Source: Alphaproteobacteria bacterium (GTDB taxonomy: Bacteria; Pseudomonadota; Alphaproteobacteria; SP197). Taken from it: DNA of 64,000 nt. Location of the stretch: positions 1,280,001 through 1,344,000 of the forward strand of contig OZ219920.1 of NCBI GenBank assembly GCA_964291415.2, given 5' to 3'. Positions 20,316-30,873 of this stretch are shown piece after piece. How positions within the stretch are numbered: position 1 is the first letter of the stretch; each line of letters opens with the position of its first letter. The translations under genes and the position numbers were made by a program. The notes beneath the pieces were generated by a model, which saw nothing but the letters and a program-made list of their open reading frames with translations, had not been told where the DNA came from and searched no databases.

Positions 20316-21029
20316 CTAATCGATGCCGAGAATGGTCTCGAAGTCCCCCGGTCTGATGGCGCCGGGATAGAGATCGCCGTTGATGATGAATGCCGGCGTG
20401 CCGTTGATTCCGATGGCGCTGGCCAGCTGGTGGGTCCGCTCGAGATAGGCCTCGATGGCAGGATCGTTCATGTCGGTGCTCAGGCGTCCGGTGTCGAGAC
20501 CCACCGATTGCGCCAGTGCCATGAGACCGGCCTCGCTGTAGTCGTCTCCCTCGAGCATGAGGGCCCGATGGTAGGCCTCGTAGAGTCCCTGCTCGCGGGC
20601 TGCCAGGGCCGCCTTCGCGGCACGCAGGGAATCCTCTCCCAGAATCGGGAACTCCTTGTAGATCACCTTGGCGCCGGGAACCGTGTCCCTTACGGCGAAG
20701 AGACCGGGCGCGCTCATGCGGCAATAGCCACACCGGTAGTCGAAGAATTCGACGATCACGACATCGCCGTCGGGATCGCCTCCCCAGGGTGTTTCGGGAT
20801 CATGATGAATATCGTCGTCCAATCGGGCAATGGCCTGTCTTGCCGCATCAGCTTCACGTTCTTCGCGCAGGCGTTCCCACGCCTCCAGCGCCCGGATGAC
20901 GATCTCCGGATTGCGGGTGAGGTAGTCCTCGATGATTGCCTCGACATCGGTCCTGGTCATCGGCGGATCGTCCGCCACCGCGGGCGTCAGCATGAGCAGC
21001 AGAACAGCTGCAACAATGGCTCTCGTCAT
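20316..21029 (-). CDS. DsbA (Com1-like) thioredoxin-fold protein
   Basis: Signal peptide, YLTRNPE, EFFDYRCGYC, KEFPILG and GINGTPAF motifs. Confidence 0.9.
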   Translation of the reverse strand: MTRAIVAAVLLLMLTPAVADDPPMTRTDVEAIIEDYLTRNPEIVIRALEAWERLREEREADAARQAIARLDDDIHHDPETPWGGDPDGDVVIVEFFDYRCGYCRMSAPGLFAVRDTVPGAKVIYKEFPILGEDSLRAAKAALAAREQGLYEAYHRALMLEGDDYSEAGLMALAQSVGLDTGRLSTDMNDPAIEAYLERTHQLASAIGINGTPAFIINGDLYPGAIRPGDFETILGID

Positions 21030-21070
21030 GGTGTTTCCGTGTCCTTTCCCGCGGGTTGCTGGTGAGACCT

Positions 21071-21775
21071 TCATCGGTGCGCGAATTTGGCGACAAGGTC
21101 CTTGAGACTGGACGAATCGACAAACCCTACAATCATCTGGTCCCCGATGACGGTGGTCGGCACGTTCTCGATGCCCAGTTGTGATGCGAGTGCGCGGTTG
21201 GCGGCAAGGGCGTTGGCAACAGTTGGTGATCCGGCGTCGGCGGACAGTCGACCGGGATCGAGTCCGAGAGCTCCGCCGAGCCCTACGAAATCGGCGTCAT
21301 CCACCGGAACGGCGCCATACATCATGGCCCGGTGGTAGGGAGGCCACGCTCCCTGAAGCCCCGCGGCAAGGGCGTGGCGTGCCGCACTCAGCGATTGCCC
21401 TGCCTCGCCGGGAAGATCGATGACAGCCACCCGGACATCGGGGTTCGCCTCCAGGAATTCGTCGATGGCAAGGGCGAGGCGACGACAGTGACTGCAAAGA
21501 TAGTCGGAAAAGACAAAGAGTACGGTTTCGCCGTCGGGAGTGCCAAGACGGTTGACCTGCGGCAGGTCCGCCACCAGGGCGGCCGTGTCGCCGGTCACCG
21601 TGCTGTTGACGTCATGCGTTTCACCGATGAGTCCTGTCTCGCGCAGGGCGAAGGCGATGACAAGCACGCCGACGATGAGGAGGACGTTCCTCTTCGAGGA
21701 CCGGCCGCGCCGCTCCTGCGAGAAGGCCCTGTTGACGGCTTCGCCAATCCTCTTCTTTCTCTCGTCGCTCTCCAA
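21071..21775 (-). CDS. membrane-anchored DsbA-like protein
   Basis: N-terminal TM segment, FSDYLCSHC and GIENVPT. TTG start inferred from a GGAG RBS. Confidence 0.75.
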   Translation of the reverse strand: MESDERKKRIGEAVNRAFSQERRGRSSKRNVLLIVGVLVIAFALRETGLIGETHDVNSTVTGDTAALVADLPQVNRLGTPDGETVLFVFSDYLCSHCRRLALAIDEFLEANPDVRVAVIDLPGEAGQSLSAARHALAAGLQGAWPPYHRAMMYGAVPVDDADFVGLGGALGLDPGRLSADAGSPTVANALAANRALASQLGIENVPTTVIGDQMIVGFVDSSSLKDLVAKFAHR

Positions 21776-21788
21776 TGGACTCCGCCCT

Positions 21789-22580
21789 TCAGAATTCGAG
21801 CAGCCGGGCCAGTCGCTCGACAACCGTCGGCGCACCAAGCAGTACGTCGTGTCCCCGGCCACGGCCCGTGTGGCGCACGAGGACGATGCCGCCAGCCTCC
21901 TCGATGAGGATGCGGGATGCGGCAAAGTCCCACAAGGAGAGATCGGGATCGACGACGGCGTCGACCGCGCCGCGCGCCGCCGCCACATGGGCGAACACGT
22001 CGCCGAAGATGCGCAAGTCTTCGACCGCCTCGGCAAGCGTTCCGACAAGATGTTCGATGCCGCTGATGCGGAACTGCCGGAGGAGGCCTGCGGCCACCGT
22101 CGCCCGGGAGAGCTCCGTGGTATCGGCCACATGGATGCGCTCGCCGTTGCGCCAGGCGCCGCCTCCCCGCCAGGCCCAGAAGGTTTCATCCGTGCCCGGG
22201 AGTCTGATGGCGCCCGCCACCACATGTCCTGTCTCGACACACTGCAGGGCCACCAGGGTACCCCAGACAGGAATATCGCGAGCGAAGGCCGTGGTGCCGT
22301 CGATGGGGTCGACGACCCAACGCCACGGTGAGCCCTCTCCCGTCTCGCCCTCTTCCTCTCCGAGAACGGCTGCTCCGGACGGATAGGCGCTCTCCTGGAG
22401 CGTCCGGCGCACCAGGCGCTCCGCCATGGTGTCGGCCGTCGTTTGCGGACTGCCATCGTCCTTGAGCGATGTCCGGAACGATCCTGTTCGCGCAATCTCG
22501 AGGAGACGCGAAGACGGCGCCTCGGCCGCCAGTCGCGCAACCGACGCGGCCTCTGCCAGATCGATCGAATGCGCCGTCAC
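21789..22580 (-). CDS. inositol monophosphatase family protein (HisN-like)
   Basis: KDDGSPQT.AD, GEE, WVVDPIDGT..F and WDFAA..ILIEEAGG motifs. Confidence 0.88.
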   Translation of the reverse strand: MTAHSIDLAEAASVARLAAEAPSSRLLEIARTGSFRTSLKDDGSPQTTADTMAERLVRRTLQESAYPSGAAVLGEEEGETGEGSPWRWVVDPIDGTTAFARDIPVWGTLVALQCVETGHVVAGAIRLPGTDETFWAWRGGGAWRNGERIHVADTTELSRATVAAGLLRQFRISGIEHLVGTLAEAVEDLRIFGDVFAHVAAARGAVDAVVDPDLSLWDFAASRILIEEAGGIVLVRHTGRGRGHDVLLGAPTVVERLARLLEF

Positions 22581-24556
22581 GGTTCCAGCACCAGGGCCGG
22601 CCCCGACAGTCGTCCCGATACGGTATCGCCCGTGACGAGATCACACACCACTCCCTGGACCTCCGGCACAGGCACATCGCGCATGCCGGGCGACGGAAGC
22701 AGCAGGGCCCGGGCGGCGCCCTCGAGGCCCAGAAGCGTGATTGACGGTGTCTGCGTGCGCGAAGTCAGCCGGCACCCGGCTCCCAGCATGCGGTGGAGGT
22801 TGCGCACGATGGCCGCACCCGCTTGCGGGTTGTAGAGGCGATCGACCAGCCCACCGCAAAAGTGGTATCCGCGATCGATACCGGTGAAGTTGTCGAGCAC
22901 CACCGCAACATCATCGAAGCACATGGCCGCCGTGACGGATTCGGCCACCCGGTTTTCATCGAACTCCGCGTCCTCGTCCCGCTCCGCAGGGGTGTGCCGG
23001 GTGAATCGGACATGAACGACGGCCTTGACGTCCAGCCCCGCGACGCTGGTTCGCGCGGCCTCGATTGCTTGCGCCGGAGAGTCCTTTCTGTCGACGCCGA
23101 ACACCACACCGTCGAGAACGCGGGGAGCGTCCTCGAGAGCGAGGAGACTATCCACGACACCCCGCTCGTCGACGCCGAGGCCGTGACTGCAACTGAACAT
23201 GCCGCTTTCCGGACGAAAGGCATTGAAGAGCACGGGAACATCGCCCCGAAGTCCGGCGATCCCGCCAAGCAGTTCGGGCAGGGCAAGGACAGGGGCAACG
23301 ACTTCCCAGAAGGCAAGATGGTGGCCGTGTTCCATGAGGGCACGGCGCGCCTCTGTCCCGGGCAGACCATACGAGAAGGCGGTAAAGCGGTGGCCGAGAG
23401 AAGCGAGTTCGGCCATGCGCTGGCCGGTGTCCGGATCGGCCAGGTCGTCGAGAGGCACCCGCAACTGGCCCACGCCCATCTCCCACAGGGCCAGCAGGGG
23501 GTAGTCGTTGCGGATGGGCTTGCGCCTGAAACTGTCGAGGCCCCAGGGCGTGGGGATGTTGGCGCTCTCGCACCATGGCTGGCGCAGGTCTAGGCCGATG
23601 CCGCGCTGACCCGGCCCGAGGCCATGAACGGGAGGCGTTGCAATGGCCCTTTCCGCTTGGCGCGTACGGCCGAAGGTACGGACGACATGCAGGAGATGCC
23701 CGGTTTCGTGCACGTCGACGACGCCATAGCCAAGTTTCGCGGTATCGTGGCGGCCCTGTTTGAAACCGGGCGCCGCGCGAAAGAGCTCGTGGTAATCGTG
23801 ACGCAGGAAACTCGTCGACGGAAGAACGTACATGCTTGTCGCGTGATGTCGATTGAAGAAGAAGTTGTGTACGTGGCCGGCGAACTGCGCCTCCACCCCA
23901 TGACGCGCAAACAGCCCGAGCAGCCATGACCGTCCCGGTTCGTCGGTGGCGTCATAGTGGCCGGTCTCACCGGCATGAGACAGGTAGGGGGGGTAGTGGG
24001 AAAAAACGAAGATGCGCCGGCCGCCGTTGTCGGCCAGCAGCGTTTCGAGCCACCGCCTCTGGCGATCCTCTGCCACAAGACCCGAATTCACGATCATCCC
24101 GTTCATCACCACGAACAGGCAGTCCGCGTGTTCAAACGCGTAGTACTGGGACTGAAAGTAACGTTCGTACTCGGCAATCATGTCGTCGTTGACCGTCAGT
24201 CGCGCATCCTGGTCTGCCAGGGGATCGCCGGGAAAGGCCTTCTCGCCAATGTCATGGTTGCCGGGGACGAGATGGAGTGGACATTCGAGTTCCTCGAAGA
24301 CCTGATGAAATCTCTGCGCTGACTCCTCGTAGGCCGGCGTGCCGGGTCCGGGATGCGTGATGTCTCCCAGATGAACCACGAAGTCAGGGGCCCGGCGATT
24401 GATCTCCTCAACCACGTAAAGGCATCGCTCGACATTGAGGAGGATCGTGTCGACGTCATATCCGCCGATGGCCATGGCCTCCTCCTCGGTAACGTGGGAA
24501 TCGGCGACGACAGCAAAGGTGAAGAGACGCCTGCCACGCGTGCAAGATTCATGCAT
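22577..24556 (-). CDS. calcineurin-like metallophosphoesterase with long C-terminal domain of unknown function
   Basis: ADSH, HLGD, PGNHD, H and AGHVH in the N-terminal ~270 aa. Confidence 0.8.
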   Translation of the reverse strand: MHESCTRGRRLFTFAVVADSHVTEEEAMAIGGYDVDTILLNVERCLYVVEEINRRAPDFVVHLGDITHPGPGTPAYEESAQRFHQVFEELECPLHLVPGNHDIGEKAFPGDPLADQDARLTVNDDMIAEYERYFQSQYYAFEHADCLFVVMNGMIVNSGLVAEDRQRRWLETLLADNGGRRIFVFSHYPPYLSHAGETGHYDATDEPGRSWLLGLFARHGVEAQFAGHVHNFFFNRHHATSMYVLPSTSFLRHDYHELFRAAPGFKQGRHDTAKLGYGVVDVHETGHLLHVVRTFGRTRQAERAIATPPVHGLGPGQRGIGLDLRQPWCESANIPTPWGLDSFRRKPIRNDYPLLALWEMGVGQLRVPLDDLADPDTGQRMAELASLGHRFTAFSYGLPGTEARRALMEHGHHLAFWEVVAPVLALPELLGGIAGLRGDVPVLFNAFRPESGMFSCSHGLGVDERGVVDSLLALEDAPRVLDGVVFGVDRKDSPAQAIEAARTSVAGLDVKAVVHVRFTRHTPAERDEDAEFDENRVAESVTAAMCFDDVAVVLDNFTGIDRGYHFCGGLVDRLYNPQAGAAIVRNLHRMLGAGCRLTSRTQTPSITLLGLEGAARALLLPSPGMRDVPVPEVQGVVCDLVTGDTVSGRLSGPALVLEP

Positions 24557-24649
24557 GACTCAACACTCCCGGGTGAATATCGAACCGGAACCTCGCTCGA
24601 CCGTGATCCTGACGGACCTGGAGACCGGATGAGGCGGCGGTCCCGGCTG

Positions 24650-25831
24650 TCATCTGCCGGCGCCCGGGGAATGCCCGAGTTCCCGCCTCTCACGCATCAT
24701 GTGGCGAGCAATCAGAAGCTTCTGGATTTCGGACGTTCCCTCGTAGAGCCTGTAGAGACGCACATCCCGGTAGAGACGGGCCACCGCTGTCTCGTTGACA
24801 TAGCCGGCGCCGCCATGAATCTGCACCGCCCGGTCCGCCACCCGTCCCACCATCTCGCTGGCGAGATACTTCGCCTGGGAGGCGAGCCTGGTGATGGACT
24901 CACCGGCCACTGCCCGCCGTGCCACATCGCGTACGAATGCCCAGGCGGAATCGTGCTCGGTGCGGCTGTCCGCCAGCATCGCCTGAACCAGCTGGAAATC
25001 GCCGATGGGCCTGCCGAACTGCCGGCGCTCCAGTGCGTGATCAAGGGCTTCGTCAATGATCCTGTCGGCCAGTCCGCAACATGTAGCAGCAAGGTGGAGG
25101 CGGCCGCGGTCAAGAACCTGCATGGCGATCCTGAAGCCCTCGCCCTCGACACCTCCGATCAGCGCTTCGGCGGGAACGTGGCAATCCTCGAAGATGACAT
25201 CGCATACCTGCGCTCCCTTCTGGCCGATCTTGTCGTAGGGGGATCCGAGGCGGATGCCGTCGCTGGCGGCATCGACAATGAAGGCGGAAATGCCATCAGC
25301 CCCCGACTTGTGCGGGTCGGTGCGGGCCATCACCGTGAAGACATCGGCCACCGGCGCGTTCGTGATGAACCGCTTGACACCGTTGAGTACATAGCCATCG
25401 CCCTGTCGCGCGGCCAGGGTCTTCAGGGAGGCAGCATCGGATCCGGCTTCGGGTTCGGTGAGTGCGAAGGACGCGATGACCTCGCCTCGCGCCATGCGCG
25501 GCAACCAGGTCATCTTCTGCTGTTCGGTGCCGCCGATGACAAGGCCCTGGGAACCGATTGTCACGTTCGTGCCAAAGACGGAACGGAAGGCCGGCGCCGC
25601 GTGGGTGATGGTCCATGCCACCTCAACCTCTTCCGCTGTTGTCAGGCCCATGCCTGAGTACCTTTCGGGGATTGTCAGGCCGAAGAGACCGAGATCCCTC
25701 ATGCCGGTCACGATATCGTCCGGAATGCGGTCTTCGGCATCCACCGCGGCTTCCGCCGGAATCAGGCGCTCGCGAACAAATCGCGACAGGGTGTCGAGAA
25801 GCTGATCGAGGGTCTGCTGGTCGAGCGCCAT
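24650..25831 (-). CDS. acyl-CoA dehydrogenase
   Basis: FALTEPEAGSDA, NGVKRFITNA, RRQFG, QIHGGAGY and LYEGTSEIQ motifs. Confidence 0.95.
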   Translation of the reverse strand: MALDQQTLDQLLDTLSRFVRERLIPAEAAVDAEDRIPDDIVTGMRDLGLFGLTIPERYSGMGLTTAEEVEVAWTITHAAPAFRSVFGTNVTIGSQGLVIGGTEQQKMTWLPRMARGEVIASFALTEPEAGSDAASLKTLAARQGDGYVLNGVKRFITNAPVADVFTVMARTDPHKSGADGISAFIVDAASDGIRLGSPYDKIGQKGAQVCDVIFEDCHVPAEALIGGVEGEGFRIAMQVLDRGRLHLAATCCGLADRIIDEALDHALERRQFGRPIGDFQLVQAMLADSRTEHDSAWAFVRDVARRAVAGESITRLASQAKYLASEMVGRVADRAVQIHGGAGYVNETAVARLYRDVRLYRLYEGTSEIQKLLIARHMMRERRELGHSPGAGR

Positions 25832-25963
25832 GGCGGCATCCTGCGGAGGGCGCCACGACCCTACCCCCGTCGCCGAACCTTCGCCAATCCCGAACGCGGC
25901 GAATTCTTGACCGCGAACGCGTGTTTCCGGCAAAGAGTGCGCACGGCGGCACGTGAGCAGGCG

Positions 25964-26380
25964 ATGGGTACACCAACGGGCATTCCTGATGGCTTTGTCG
26001 CGGTCGAACCGGATGATCCCTTCGAAGGCGTCATCGGCGTGTGCTGGTACAACGACATGGGCAACGGCCGCATCGAAGTCGGCGTCCTTGCCGACGAGCG
26101 CCATGCCAACGAGTACGGGTGGGTTCACGGGGGCGTCATGATGACCATGGCTGATGCAGCGCTCTGCATGAATTCGCGCTGGCACGATGCGGCAGAAGGC
26201 GCCATCACGGTGAGCGCCACCAGCAACTTCGTGGCGGGCGCGAAGATTGGCGATTTCCTGGAGACCCGGACCAGGGTGGTGCGACGCACCCGGCAGTTCA
26301 GCTTCGTGGCCTGCGAGGTCGTGGCCGGCGACAGGGTCTGTCTCACATCAAGCGGCGTCATCAAGCGCCTTCTTCCATGA
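25964..26380 (+). CDS. PaaI family thioesterase
   Basis: HANEYGWVHGGVMMTMAD hotdog-fold motif. Confidence 0.88.
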   Translation: MGTPTGIPDGFVAVEPDDPFEGVIGVCWYNDMGNGRIEVGVLADERHANEYGWVHGGVMMTMADAALCMNSRWHDAAEGAITVSATSNFVAGAKIGDFLETRTRVVRRTRQFSFVACEVVAGDRVCLTSSGVIKRLLP

Positions 26381-26467
26381 CACCGCAGGGCAACAGGCGC
26401 TTGTGCCCGTGATTTCGCGGGACAACTCTGCCCCGGACCCGGTCCCTTTCGGAACCGGACCGGTCAT

Positions 26468-28642
26468 TCAGGCAAAGCGGACACCGTTCTGCGCCATGGG
26501 CAGCATGGTGATGCGCGGGCCGTCGACAGCAATGGCATTGGCAAGCGCCGGACCGGCCGGCGGCACACCCGGTTCCCCAACTCCGGTCGGTGGTGCAGAC
26601 GATGGCATGATGTGGACGTCGATGCGGCCGATGTCGGACGTCCGCAACGGTTGGTAATCGGGAAAGTTCCACTCGACGACCTCACCCTGATCGAACGTGA
26701 TCTCGTTGCGCATCACGTGGCCGATACCGTAGCCGATTCCGCCCTCCATCTGCGCCCTGACGATATCGGGATTGACCGCCACGCCGCAGTCCACGGCGCA
26801 GGTGACCCTTTCGATCGCAGTCGTTCCCGCAGCGTCACGCGAGATCTCGATCACTTGAGCGACATACGTGCCGAAGGATTTGTGGGCGGCGACGCCACGT
26901 GTCCGTCCAGGCTTCGTTGGCCGGTCCCAGCCCGACTCCCTTGCGGCCATTTGCAGGACACCGGCAAGGCGCCGTTGGTCCATCGAGCCATCCCGCAGAT
27001 GGTCAAGCCGCCAGGTCACGGGGTCACGTCCAGCGGCCCTGGCCGCCATGTCCATCATGGATTCCATGACGAAGGCGGTATGGCTGTGACCGACCGAACG
27101 CCACCAGCTCACGGTGATGGGCGACTCGAGATCAGTCAGGCCGACGAACATTCCGGGTATGCGGTAGAGCGTGTCGGGCACGCCTTCGACGGAGGAATGA
27201 TCGACACCGTTCCTGACAATCCACTGCTCGAACGATGATCCCTTGAAAATGGACTTGCCAGCGATGCGATGGTCCCAGGCGACGACGTTCCCGTTTCCAT
27301 CGAGACCAACGCGCACCCTGTGTGCCATAGCCGGCCGATAGGCGCCGCCGGCAAGGTCGTCCTCGCGTGACCAGACGAGCTTGACCGGCCGGGTGCGGTC
27401 GGTCATGGCAAAGGCCTGTGCGGCCTCGACGATGTAGTCCGCCGTCATGGTGGCACGGCGCCCGAACGAGCCACCGGCGTAGAGTGTGTTGATCCGGATG
27501 CTCTTCATCGGCAACCCGAGAACCGCCGCAAGCGCCTGGTGTGCACTGGACGGGGACTGGCATCCGTCATGGAGCGTGATCCCGTCGGCCGTCGGCTCGA
27601 TTGTGCATGTCAGGGGTTCCATAGGCGCATGACAGAGCCAGGGAAGAAAGAACTCGCCCTCGACGGTTCGCGCGGCGCGATCGAGACGTGCCCCCGCCCC
27701 GTCCATGCCCGGGCCTTCCCTGGCAACGAACCGGGGCGGCACCCTGACCGCATCGAGAAGTGTCGATGTGATCTCGGCGGAGCTTCGGTTCTCCGCATTC
27801 GCGAAGTTCCACTCGACAGTGACCGCATCGCGAGCCTGAAACGCCGCCCAGGTGTCACGGGCGTAGACAACAACCCCGGCATTGGACGGCAGGATGGCGG
27901 CATTGACGAATCCCGGCACGTCGGTAGCCGCCGAAGCATCCATGGACACCACCGTTCCCCCGAAGCGGGGACTGTGCCTGACGACAGCGACAATCTGGCC
28001 CTCCAGCTGCACATCCATGGCAAAGCGGGCCGATCCGTCGATCTTGGGTCCGTTGTCGCGCCGCGATGTCTGCGGGTTGCCGATCAACGTGAACGTACCG
28101 GGATCCTTCAGCGCCGGTCGCTCCGGCACCCTCATGGCCGCGGCCGCGCCAACGAACCGGGCAATGGGCGCGCTGCGTCCGGCGCCGGCGATCATGCCCT
28201 CCGACAGCACAAGGGTTGACGGATCGGCCTTCCATTCGTCGGCGGCTGCGGCAAGCAGCATCTCCTTCGCAGCTGCTCCTGCCTGTCGGTACTGCAGGTA
28301 GGAGTTGGCCATCGAGGTCGATCCTCCCGTCGCCTGTGAGCCAAAAAGGAGATTGGCGTAGCGCCCGGCATCAGAGGGTGCGAATTCGACTGCCACATCG
28401 TCGAGGTCGACACCGAGTTCTTCCGCGATCAGGGTAGGAAGGCCGGTACTCGTTCCCTGGCCCATCTCGAAATGCTTGACGATCACGGTCACACGGCCGT
28501 CCGCATCAATCTTCACGAAGGGGTTGAAGTGACTGCCGTCCGTTGGCGCGACCGCCAGCACGCCACTTGGCGAGAAGCCCACCACGAGCGCCGCGGTGGA
28601 GGCCGTCTGGAGAAAACTCCGGCGAGACAGGATCGCGGCCAT
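26468..28642 (-). CDS. IorB-like molybdopterin oxidoreductase large subunit (isoquinoline 1-oxidoreductase beta family)
   Basis: Tat signal SRRSFL, EMGQG, TGGSTS, HAPMEP, GGSFGRR, WWRSV and GVGEPGVPP. Confidence 0.92.
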   Translation of the reverse strand: MAAILSRRSFLQTASTAALVVGFSPSGVLAVAPTDGSHFNPFVKIDADGRVTVIVKHFEMGQGTSTGLPTLIAEELGVDLDDVAVEFAPSDAGRYANLLFGSQATGGSTSMANSYLQYRQAGAAAKEMLLAAAADEWKADPSTLVLSEGMIAGAGRSAPIARFVGAAAAMRVPERPALKDPGTFTLIGNPQTSRRDNGPKIDGSARFAMDVQLEGQIVAVVRHSPRFGGTVVSMDASAATDVPGFVNAAILPSNAGVVVYARDTWAAFQARDAVTVEWNFANAENRSSAEITSTLLDAVRVPPRFVAREGPGMDGAGARLDRAARTVEGEFFLPWLCHAPMEPLTCTIEPTADGITLHDGCQSPSSAHQALAAVLGLPMKSIRINTLYAGGSFGRRATMTADYIVEAAQAFAMTDRTRPVKLVWSREDDLAGGAYRPAMAHRVRVGLDGNGNVVAWDHRIAGKSIFKGSSFEQWIVRNGVDHSSVEGVPDTLYRIPGMFVGLTDLESPITVSWWRSVGHSHTAFVMESMMDMAARAAGRDPVTWRLDHLRDGSMDQRRLAGVLQMAARESGWDRPTKPGRTRGVAAHKSFGTYVAQVIEISRDAAGTTAIERVTCAVDCGVAVNPDIVRAQMEGGIGYGIGHVMRNEITFDQGEVVEWNFPDYQPLRTSDIGRIDVHIMPSSAPPTGVGEPGVPPAGPALANAIAVDGPRITMLPMAQNGVRFA

Positions 28643-29109
28643 CAGCCGTCGTCCTTCAGGAGTTCCGCGGCACGCGCCACAGCCGCCCTGATTCTCTGAT
28701 ATGTGGCGCACCGGCACACGTTGCCGGCCATGAATTCGTCGATCCCGGCGGCATCTGGTTGGCTGTTCTCCGCAAGGAGACCCGCAGCCGACATGATCTG
28801 TCCCGACTGGCAATAGCCGCATTGCACAACATTGAGCTCTGCCCAGGCCTGCTGCACAGCGCGTCCTTCTGGCGTGGCGAGTCCCTCGATGGTCGTGACC
28901 TCGGTGCCTTCGACATCCTCCGGCAACGTCACGCAGGACCGGACAGGAACACCATCCACGTGCACCGTGCACGCTCCACAGGACGCCACGCCGCAGCCGT
29001 ACCTGGTACCGGTCAACTTCAGTTCGTCGCGCAGAACCCACAGCAGTGGCATGCCGTCCGGCACATCGACATCGACAACGTGGCCGTTGATTTTCAACAT
29101 CGTTGGCAT
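28642..29109 (-). CDS. IorA-like (2Fe-2S) small subunit
   Basis: PLLWVLRD, GCG...CGACTV, QCGYCQSGQ and CRC motifs. Confidence 0.93.
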   Translation of the reverse strand: MPTMLKINGHVVDVDVPDGMPLLWVLRDELKLTGTRYGCGVASCGACTVHVDGVPVRSCVTLPEDVEGTEVTTIEGLATPEGRAVQQAWAELNVVQCGYCQSGQIMSAAGLLAENSQPDAAGIDEFMAGNVCRCATYQRIRAAVARAAELLKDDG

Positions 29110-29490
29110 GCCAGACTCCCTGACTGTTCGAGCGGACTGCATCGCGAGAACCGCGCCCGGTTCCCGACAACCGCATGTTACCCGGTCTTCCAGGTGCTTT
29201 CGCGCTGCGGCTGCAAACTCCTCAAGAGATCCTGGTTCGCCAGCCGGTGCAAGGCTGTAGCCCGGGAACAACTGAACGCAATCCGTTCTGGCTCAAGCGC
29301 GGTCCTGGAACCCGGTCACGCCCGGAAGCGCCGCATACGCGGAGCAACCGCCACGATGAACACCCGCCATTCCCAAGCTTGACGCGCGATCTGGCCTGCG
29401 GCAAACACACAGTCCCGGGAGAGGCCAATCACGTTTCCCACCCTCCGTCGCCGAAGACTGGACTGCACGGGGCATCGCGAGGAGACCGCC

Positions 29491-30789
29491 ATGGGCCGAT
29501 ACGACACCTCGATTGCGCGTTTCCGGGAAGCATGCACGGTGCTGGCCGGAGGTGTATCGAGCAACTTCCGCTATCACCCCATTCCCGTTCCACTCGCCAT
29601 CGAGCGTGGCGAAGGTCCCTACCTGTGGGATGCCGACGGCAACCGCTACATCGACTATGTCAGCGGCAACGGTCCGGCATTTCTCGGACACAGTCCCGGA
29701 CCGGTGCTTGATGCGGTCCGCGCCTCCCTGGACACCGGGCAGGCCTTCACCACCGTCCATGCCGGAGAAATTGCCCTGGCGCATCGCATCAGGGACATCG
29801 TTCCCTGTGCTGAACTTGTGCGGTTCGACACGTCCGGAACACAGGTCGACCAGATCGCCATGCGCCTCGCCCGCCATCACACCGGCCGGACCAGGGTGGT
29901 GAAGTTCGAGGGCCACTACCACGGATGGGCGGACAACATCTTCGCCAGCGTGGCTCCCGAGCTCAACCGTGCCGGTCCCCGGGACCACCCGGAAGTGCTT
30001 GCCCAGAGCAGCGGCCAGCCCGACAACATCCGCGACAATCTCATCGTTCAGCCCTTCAACGACATTGCGGTGCTCGAGGAGACCCTTTCGCGCCACGGCA
30101 CGGAGACTGCCGCCATCGTCGTGGAGCCTGTGGCGTGCAATTGCGGGGTTATCGAACCCGCACCCGGCTATCTCGAGGCATTGCGGCGCCTGTGCGACCA
30201 GCATGGGATCGTGCTCATCTTCGACGAAGTCATCACAGGCTTCCGGGTAGCCCTGGGGGGAGCCCAGCAGCGATACGGCGTGACCCCCGATGTCGCAGTC
30301 TTTGCCAAGGCCATGGCCAGCGGCTTCCCTCTGGCCGCGGTCGCCGGACGGCGCACCATCATGGAAGGGGTCACCAAGGGCGCCGTTCACGGCGGCACCT
30401 ACAACGGCATCACCTCGAGCATTGCCGCCGGCATCGCCACCCTTGACTTGCTTGCCGCCGACGGCGCCGCGATCTACGACAAGGTGGAACGGGACGGAAG
30501 CCGGCTCATGTCCGGACTTGCAGAATGCGGCCGAAGACGTGGTGTTCCGCTGCACGTCCAGGGGCTTGGCACCATCTTCTCGACCGTCTTTACGGACACT
30601 CCACCTCTTGTCGATTATCGCGACTACAAGGCGACCGACACGCCCATGCGCGAAGCTTTCATCCGGGCACTGCAGGACCGCGGAGTGCGCACGACGCTTC
30701 GCGGAACCTGGTTCGTTCCGGCTGTGTTGAGCGATGACGACATCGCCATGACTCTCGATGCTGCCGATGCAGCCCTTGCCGCCCTGTAG
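29491..30789 (+). CDS. class III PLP aminotransferase (GSA aminomutase-like)
   Basis: GGVSS, WDADGNRYIDY, KFEGHYHG, LIFDEVITGFR, FAKAM and HGGTYNG motifs. Confidence 0.9.
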   Translation: MGRYDTSIARFREACTVLAGGVSSNFRYHPIPVPLAIERGEGPYLWDADGNRYIDYVSGNGPAFLGHSPGPVLDAVRASLDTGQAFTTVHAGEIALAHRIRDIVPCAELVRFDTSGTQVDQIAMRLARHHTGRTRVVKFEGHYHGWADNIFASVAPELNRAGPRDHPEVLAQSSGQPDNIRDNLIVQPFNDIAVLEETLSRHGTETAAIVVEPVACNCGVIEPAPGYLEALRRLCDQHGIVLIFDEVITGFRVALGGAQQRYGVTPDVAVFAKAMASGFPLAAVAGRRTIMEGVTKGAVHGGTYNGITSSIAAGIATLDLLAADGAAIYDKVERDGSRLMSGLAECGRRRGVPLHVQGLGTIFSTVFTDTPPLVDYRDYKATDTPMREAFIRALQDRGVRTTLRGTWFVPAVLSDDDIAMTLDAADAALAAL

Positions 30790-30873
30790 CAGCAGTCACT
30801 GGCTCCGGGCGTTTACAAATCCGGTGAATCCGGTCAGGCTTGACCAAGGGACGTCAGCCGGGGAAGGATCCTG

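Noticed and set aside
29405-29470. GGGAGAG...CGCCGAAG inside a CAGTCC/GGACTG stem, reminiscent of a glycine riboswitch
   Set aside because: Lacks the CTCTCAGG 3' element, a clear P2/P3 and a second aptamer.
29491-30789. Calling the aminotransferase hemL given hemB in the window
   Set aside because: The context is a transporter/catabolic operon, and Alphaproteobacteria normally make ALA by the C4 route. Only family-level similarity is supported.
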